A stretch of DNA of 51,687 nucleotides, counting the filler, from Diploschistes diacapsis (lineage: Eukaryota), in assembly GCA_023645945.1 (NCBI GenBank). It is 3 parts of 3 records of this genome, joined end to end, with 100 filler letters (N's around TTAATTAATTAA, not from the genome) between each part and the next. Parts side by side here need not be neighbours in the genome. Positions count along the whole stretch, not along the records: positions 34,536 to 51,687 come from JALAIB010000466.1; 2 more parts are not named here. One strand, written 5' to 3'. Position 1 is the first letter of the stretch. Each line of letters opens with the position of its first letter. Made by a program: the position numbers and the translations under genes. The notes under the pieces are model-generated. The model worked only from the letters and a program-made list of their open reading frames with translations, was not told the origin of the DNA and searched no databases. Positions 47,668-51,687 of the stretch are shown piece after piece.

Positions 47668-47785
47668 AGATATGCTTTCTCAATAATTGTCCATTTTCTG
47701 AATTTGCGCGCCATTTCAAGTAAGATCCATCGCTATGCACCTCAACCCCAATTCCTCACCTTCCCACCCAAGAAAAACACCTCCA

Positions 47786-48379
47786 TCACAAACAGGTCTC
47801 CATCATCTTCCTCAGCCATCCCATAATTTTCTCATTCTCCAACGCGGCTACCACCCGCTCCTTGTCCCCCAATTGCTTGTTGTCTCGATCGGCCGTATCG
47901 AGCGAGCCCTCCTTGACCCTCACATCGACCCTGAACCTCGCCGGCAGGCTCCTTTCTAACCTCACTCTCACCCCAAGCCCGATCAGTATCGCCATCGAGC
48001 AATGCGCGACCGTCGGCGTGATCTCCACGGTTACCACCTGTAGCTTCTTCCCCAGCGGTTTGATGTGGATGTCGGGCAGGTTGACGACGGCCAGCGAGCC
48101 GAGGGAGAGCGGATGCTCGGGATCCGAGATGGTGGAGATGAGGTCGTAGATTTCTTGCTCGTCTATAGGTTCGTATTCTTCTGAAGCGGAAGAGGAAGGA
48201 GAGGGCGGAGATGGAGGGTCGAAGGGGTCACTGAGCCAGCAGGGTTTGGGCATGACGTTTAAAGGGGCATATTCGGGCCCCTCATCATCGTGGATGGGTG
48301 TGGGCTGCCGCCGCCGTGTGGGTAGCTCGGAGAGGGGGCGAATGGTGGGGTTTGCGTTTAAAGAGGGTGCGTCGGACAT
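47786..48379 (-). CDS. CIA2: Cytosolic Fe-S assembly protein Cia2 (MIP18/FAM96 family)
   Basis: NANP, IDEQEIYDLISTISDPEHPLSLGSLAVV, ITPTVAHCSMAILIGL and NKQLGDKERVVAALEN. Confidence 0.95.
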   Translation of the reverse strand: MSDAPSLNANPTIRPLSELPTRRRQPTPIHDDEGPEYAPLNVMPKPCWLSDPFDPPSPPSPSSSASEEYEPIDEQEIYDLISTISDPEHPLSLGSLAVVNLPDIHIKPLGKKLQVVTVEITPTVAHCSMAILIGLGVRVRLERSLPARFRVDVRVKEGSLDTADRDNKQLGDKERVVAALENEKIMGWLRKMMETCL

Positions 48380-48733
48380 GGTGGAGGGAAAGAAAGGTTG
48401 GGAGAAGGGGTATTGAATGTCGTTTGTGATTCAGATTCAAAGCTCCCCAAGTCGATTAGACGAGATTAAGTGACATGAGAGGGGAAGACTGACATTTGTA
48501 AAAGAAACAATGTTAGTCCCTACTTCTTGAGTCACTACCTTAAAAGATAGGAGGGGCACGGAGGAGGGTTTTCAACGGGATTGAGCGGGGCGCGGCTCCG
48601 TCACCATCTTCGTTATAAAAAAAAATTTAATAACGGCCGGTTTCTAATTTTCCTAATTCAAGCTCATAGCGAGGCGTAAGGTGTATCGCGAGTGTTCCGA
48701 GTCTTTCGAGTCTTTCGCATATTCTATCCTAAG

Positions 48734-51687
48734 ATGGATGACCTATATGATGAATTTGGGAACTACATTGGGGAGGTAGGGAGCTCAGGCGAAGAATCGC
48801 TTGATGGAGCGCCAGCCGCAGATGCCTACCTCGACGATGACGAGGAGGAGTTGGAGGCCGTCGCTAATGACCAGGCTCTCATGGAGATTGACGAAGATGG
48901 CCCGTCAAATGCGGTTGTACTTCACGAGGACAAGCAATACTATCCTACCGCGGAGCAGGTCTACGGCCGCGATGTCGAAGCCATGGTGCAAGAGGAGGAT
49001 GCGCAGCCCCTGTCGCAACCAATCATCGCACCGGTGCAGCAAAAGAAGTTCACAATTCAGGAAACAGACCTTCCGTTGGTGCATTACTCGCGCGATTTCA
49101 TGACAGATCTTATGAATTTTCCTGAGCAGGTACGGAATATTGCTCTCGCTGGGCATTTACATCACGGCAAAACAGCTTTAATGGACATGCTAGTCATGGA
49201 AACTCACGATCTTAACGAAAAGATGGGGCGGCGTACTGGGAGGAAAAGGGACGAGCAATTACGGTACACTGATGTGCACGTACTGGAAAGAGAAAGAGGC
49301 GTTTCAATAAAGGCATCGCCCATGAGTATGGTACTTACGGGCACGCGAGGAAAATCTCATTTGTTGAATATACTTGATACCCCTGGTCATGTCAATTTTG
49401 TGGACGAAGTGGCCGCTTCTCTGAGGCTCGTCGATGGTGTGGTCCTTGTGGTCGATGTTGTCGAGGGCGTTCAGATAAACACTGAGCAAATTATCAAACA
49501 CGCAGTCCTAGAAGACCTTCCTATGACGCTCATAATCAACAAAATGGATAGGCTGATCCTCGAACTGAAAATACCCCCTACCGATGCCTACTTTAAGCTC
49601 AAGCACGTGGTAGAGCAGGTCAACACAGTCATTGAGAACACGATTCCGGGCCAGGGTGAAACTCGGCGGTTGAGTCCTGAGAAAGGAAATGTCGCATTCG
49701 CATGCAGCAGCATGAATTGGATATTCACACTACCGTCATTTGCAAAGATGTATGCAGATAGCTACCCCGGCGTCAGTATTGAGGACCTTAGCAAAAGGTT
49801 CTGGGGAGATATCTTCTTTAATCCGACCCGGAGATCCTTTACGCGAAAAGGCGTTGAGTCGGAATCAAAGCGAAGTTTTGTCACATTCGTGCTCGAGCCA
49901 ATATACAAGCTTTATTCTCACACTATTAGTGATGCCCCCGATGATTTGAGAGACACCCTTGAAACATTAGGAATCTACCTGAAGCCATCACAATATAAAG
50001 TCGATGCGAAGGAGCTCCTTCAGCTGGTCTGCGCGCAGTTCTTCGGCGGCTCAGAAGGGTTCGTGGATATGGTAGTCCAGCACATCCCATCTCCCGTCGA
50101 GGGCGCCAAACTGAAGGTCAGCCGACACTACACTGGCCCTACCGATAGCAAAATTGCCGCTTCGATATCAAGCTGCGACCAGGATGGACCACTAGTAATC
50201 CAAGTTACGAAGCTCTTTCATACTCAGGATGCGATGGCTTTCAACTCCTTCGGCCGTGTATTGAGCGGGATAGCGAAGCCAGGGCAACAGGTCAGGGTAT
50301 TAGGTGAGGGTTACACGGTTGATGACGAAGAGGACATGGCGATGGCAACCATAGGCGATACGTGGATCGCAGAGTCCAGGTACAACATCCCCACGAGCGG
50401 TGTGCCTGCGGGCAACTGGGTTCTTTTGAGTGGCGTCGACAACTCGATTTTCAAAACGGCCACCATAGTCCCCCCGCGACTCGAAGACGATGAGGACGCT
50501 TACATCTTCAAACCAATCAAGCACTTCACGGAGTCTGTCTTCAAAGTCGCGGTCGAACCCATCAACCCCTCCGAGCTCCCCAAGATGCTGGACGGCCTTC
50601 GCAAAATCAACAAGAGCTACCCTCTTATAACCACTAAAGTCGAAGAATCCGGCGAACATGTCGTCCTAGGCACGGGCGAACTCTACATGGATTGTGTCCT
50701 GCACGACTTGCGCCGGCTATACTCAGAAATGGAAATGAAAGTCTCCGACCCCGTAACCCGCTTCTGCGAGACCGTTGTCGAGACCTCCGCCATCATGTGC
50801 TATGCCATAACACCCAACAAAAAGAACAAAATCACTATGGTTGCCGAGCCCCTCGACGACGGCATCGCACAGGACATCGAGTCTGGAAAGGTCCGTATCC
50901 GTGAGCCGATCCGTAAAGTCGGACTATTCTTCGAGGAGAACTACGGCTGGGACAAGCTCGCATCCCGGAGCATCTGGGCTTTCGGGCCCGACGAAATGGG
51001 GCCGAACATACTGCAGGACGACACGCTACCGTCCAAGGTGGACAAGAAGCTCCTGGGCTCAGTGCGGGACACGGTGCGCCAGGGCTTCAGTTGGGGCACG
51101 CGCGAGGGGCCGCTGTGCGAGGAACCGATCCGCAACACCAAGTTCAAGCTGACGGACATCTCGCTCGCCGCAGACGCCATCTCGCGGGGCGGCGGCCAGA
51201 TCATCCCCACGACGCGCAGAGCCATCTACTCGTCTTTCCTCACCGCCTCCCCGCGCCTGATGGAACCCCTCTACTCCATCTCCATGACCGGCCCCGCCGA
51301 CTCGGTCTCGGCCATCTACACCGTCCTCGCGCGCCGCAGGGGCCACGTCCTGTCCGACGGCCCGCTCGCCGGCACGCCCCTGTACACCGTCCGCGGCCTC
51401 CTGCCGGTCATCGACTCCTTCGGCTTCGAGACCGACGTGCGCATACACACGCAGGGCCAGGCCATGGTGAGCTTGGTGTTCGACAAGTGGGAGGTTGTGC
51501 CCGGGGATCCGCTGGACAAGGAGGCGAAGACGCGGCCGCTGGAGATGGCGGGCACGCAGGCCACGGCCAGGGACTTTGTGCTAAAGACGAGGAGGAGGAA
51601 GGGCCTGGCGGAGGAGGTGGGGGTTGGGAAGTTCCTGGAGGCGGAGCTGGTCAGGGAGTTGAAGGAGGGAGGGGTGCTGGACGAATG
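48734..51687 (+). CDS. SNU114: U5 snRNP GTPase Snu114 (EFTUD2), intronless, about 984 aa; last codon cut by the window edge
   Basis: MDDLYDEFGNYIG start, VVLHEDKQYYP, AGHLHHGKT, DTPGHVNF, NKMD, GTGELYMDC and RGGGQIIPT. The final TG at 51686-51687 is in frame and probably begins the TGA stop. Confidence 0.97.
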   Translation, partial: MDDLYDEFGNYIGEVGSSGEESLDGAPAADAYLDDDEEELEAVANDQALMEIDEDGPSNAVVLHEDKQYYPTAEQVYGRDVEAMVQEEDAQPLSQPIIAPVQQKKFTIQETDLPLVHYSRDFMTDLMNFPEQVRNIALAGHLHHGKTALMDMLVMETHDLNEKMGRRTGRKRDEQLRYTDVHVLERERGVSIKASPMSMVLTGTRGKSHLLNILDTPGHVNFVDEVAASLRLVDGVVLVVDVVEGVQINTEQIIKHAVLEDLPMTLIINKMDRLILELKIPPTDAYFKLKHVVEQVNTVIENTIPGQGETRRLSPEKGNVAFACSSMNWIFTLPSFAKMYADSYPGVSIEDLSKRFWGDIFFNPTRRSFTRKGVESESKRSFVTFVLEPIYKLYSHTISDAPDDLRDTLETLGIYLKPSQYKVDAKELLQLVCAQFFGGSEGFVDMVVQHIPSPVEGAKLKVSRHYTGPTDSKIAASISSCDQDGPLVIQVTKLFHTQDAMAFNSFGRVLSGIAKPGQQVRVLGEGYTVDDEEDMAMATIGDTWIAESRYNIPTSGVPAGNWVLLSGVDNSIFKTATIVPPRLEDDEDAYIFKPIKHFTESVFKVAVEPINPSELPKMLDGLRKINKSYPLITTKVEESGEHVVLGTGELYMDCVLHDLRRLYSEMEMKVSDPVTRFCETVVETSAIMCYAITPNKKNKITMVAEPLDDGIAQDIESGKVRIREPIRKVGLFFEENYGWDKLASRSIWAFGPDEMGPNILQDDTLPSKVDKKLLGSVRDTVRQGFSWGTREGPLCEEPIRNTKFKLTDISLAADAISRGGGQIIPTTRRAIYSSFLTASPRLMEPLYSISMTGPADSVSAIYTVLARRRGHVLSDGPLAGTPLYTVRGLLPVIDSFGFETDVRIHTQGQAMVSLVFDKWEVVPGDPLDKEAKTRPLEMAGTQATARDFVLKTRRRKGLAEEVGVGKFLEAELVRELKEGGVLDE

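Overview
Gene-dense genomic DNA of a filamentous ascomycete (Pezizomycotina-type short GT-AG introns with CTRAY branch sites, plus RIP-like mutation signatures). The window is three contigs joined by two identical artificial 100-nt linkers (N44-TTAATTAATTAA-N44 at 17169-17268 and 34436-34535), so adjacency across the linkers is unproven. Contig 1 has a 5-exon QDE-1-like RNA-dependent RNA polymerase with a DFDGD catalytic motif, a WW-domain protein, an MFS sugar transporter, an orphan gene, an NmrA-like gene beside a frameshifted Zn2Cys6 transcription factor, and an AT-rich RIP-like edge. Contig 2 has two hypothetical proteins, a PTH11-like membrane protein, an amino-acid/GABA permease, a 526-bp PIF/Harbinger (Tourist-like) MITE with TTA target duplication, NDC1, a PEP12-type syntaxin and the 3' end of a cytochrome c1 heme lyase. 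Contig 3 has a decayed hAT-like MITE, a RIP-damaged ERG26-like pseudogene, TAF2, two small genes, ALA1 (two in-frame starts, micro-exons, a GC-AG intron), CIA2 and SNU114. I found no convincing wholly new multi-gene system. The best leads are the two MITEs, the RIP-type pseudogene, the DFDGD RdRP, the broken TF/NmrA pair, a hairpin-rich tract upstream of the RdRP, and a C-to-G synonymous codon switch near gene 3' ends. All gene models were spliced by eye and family calls come from remembered motifs, not database searches.
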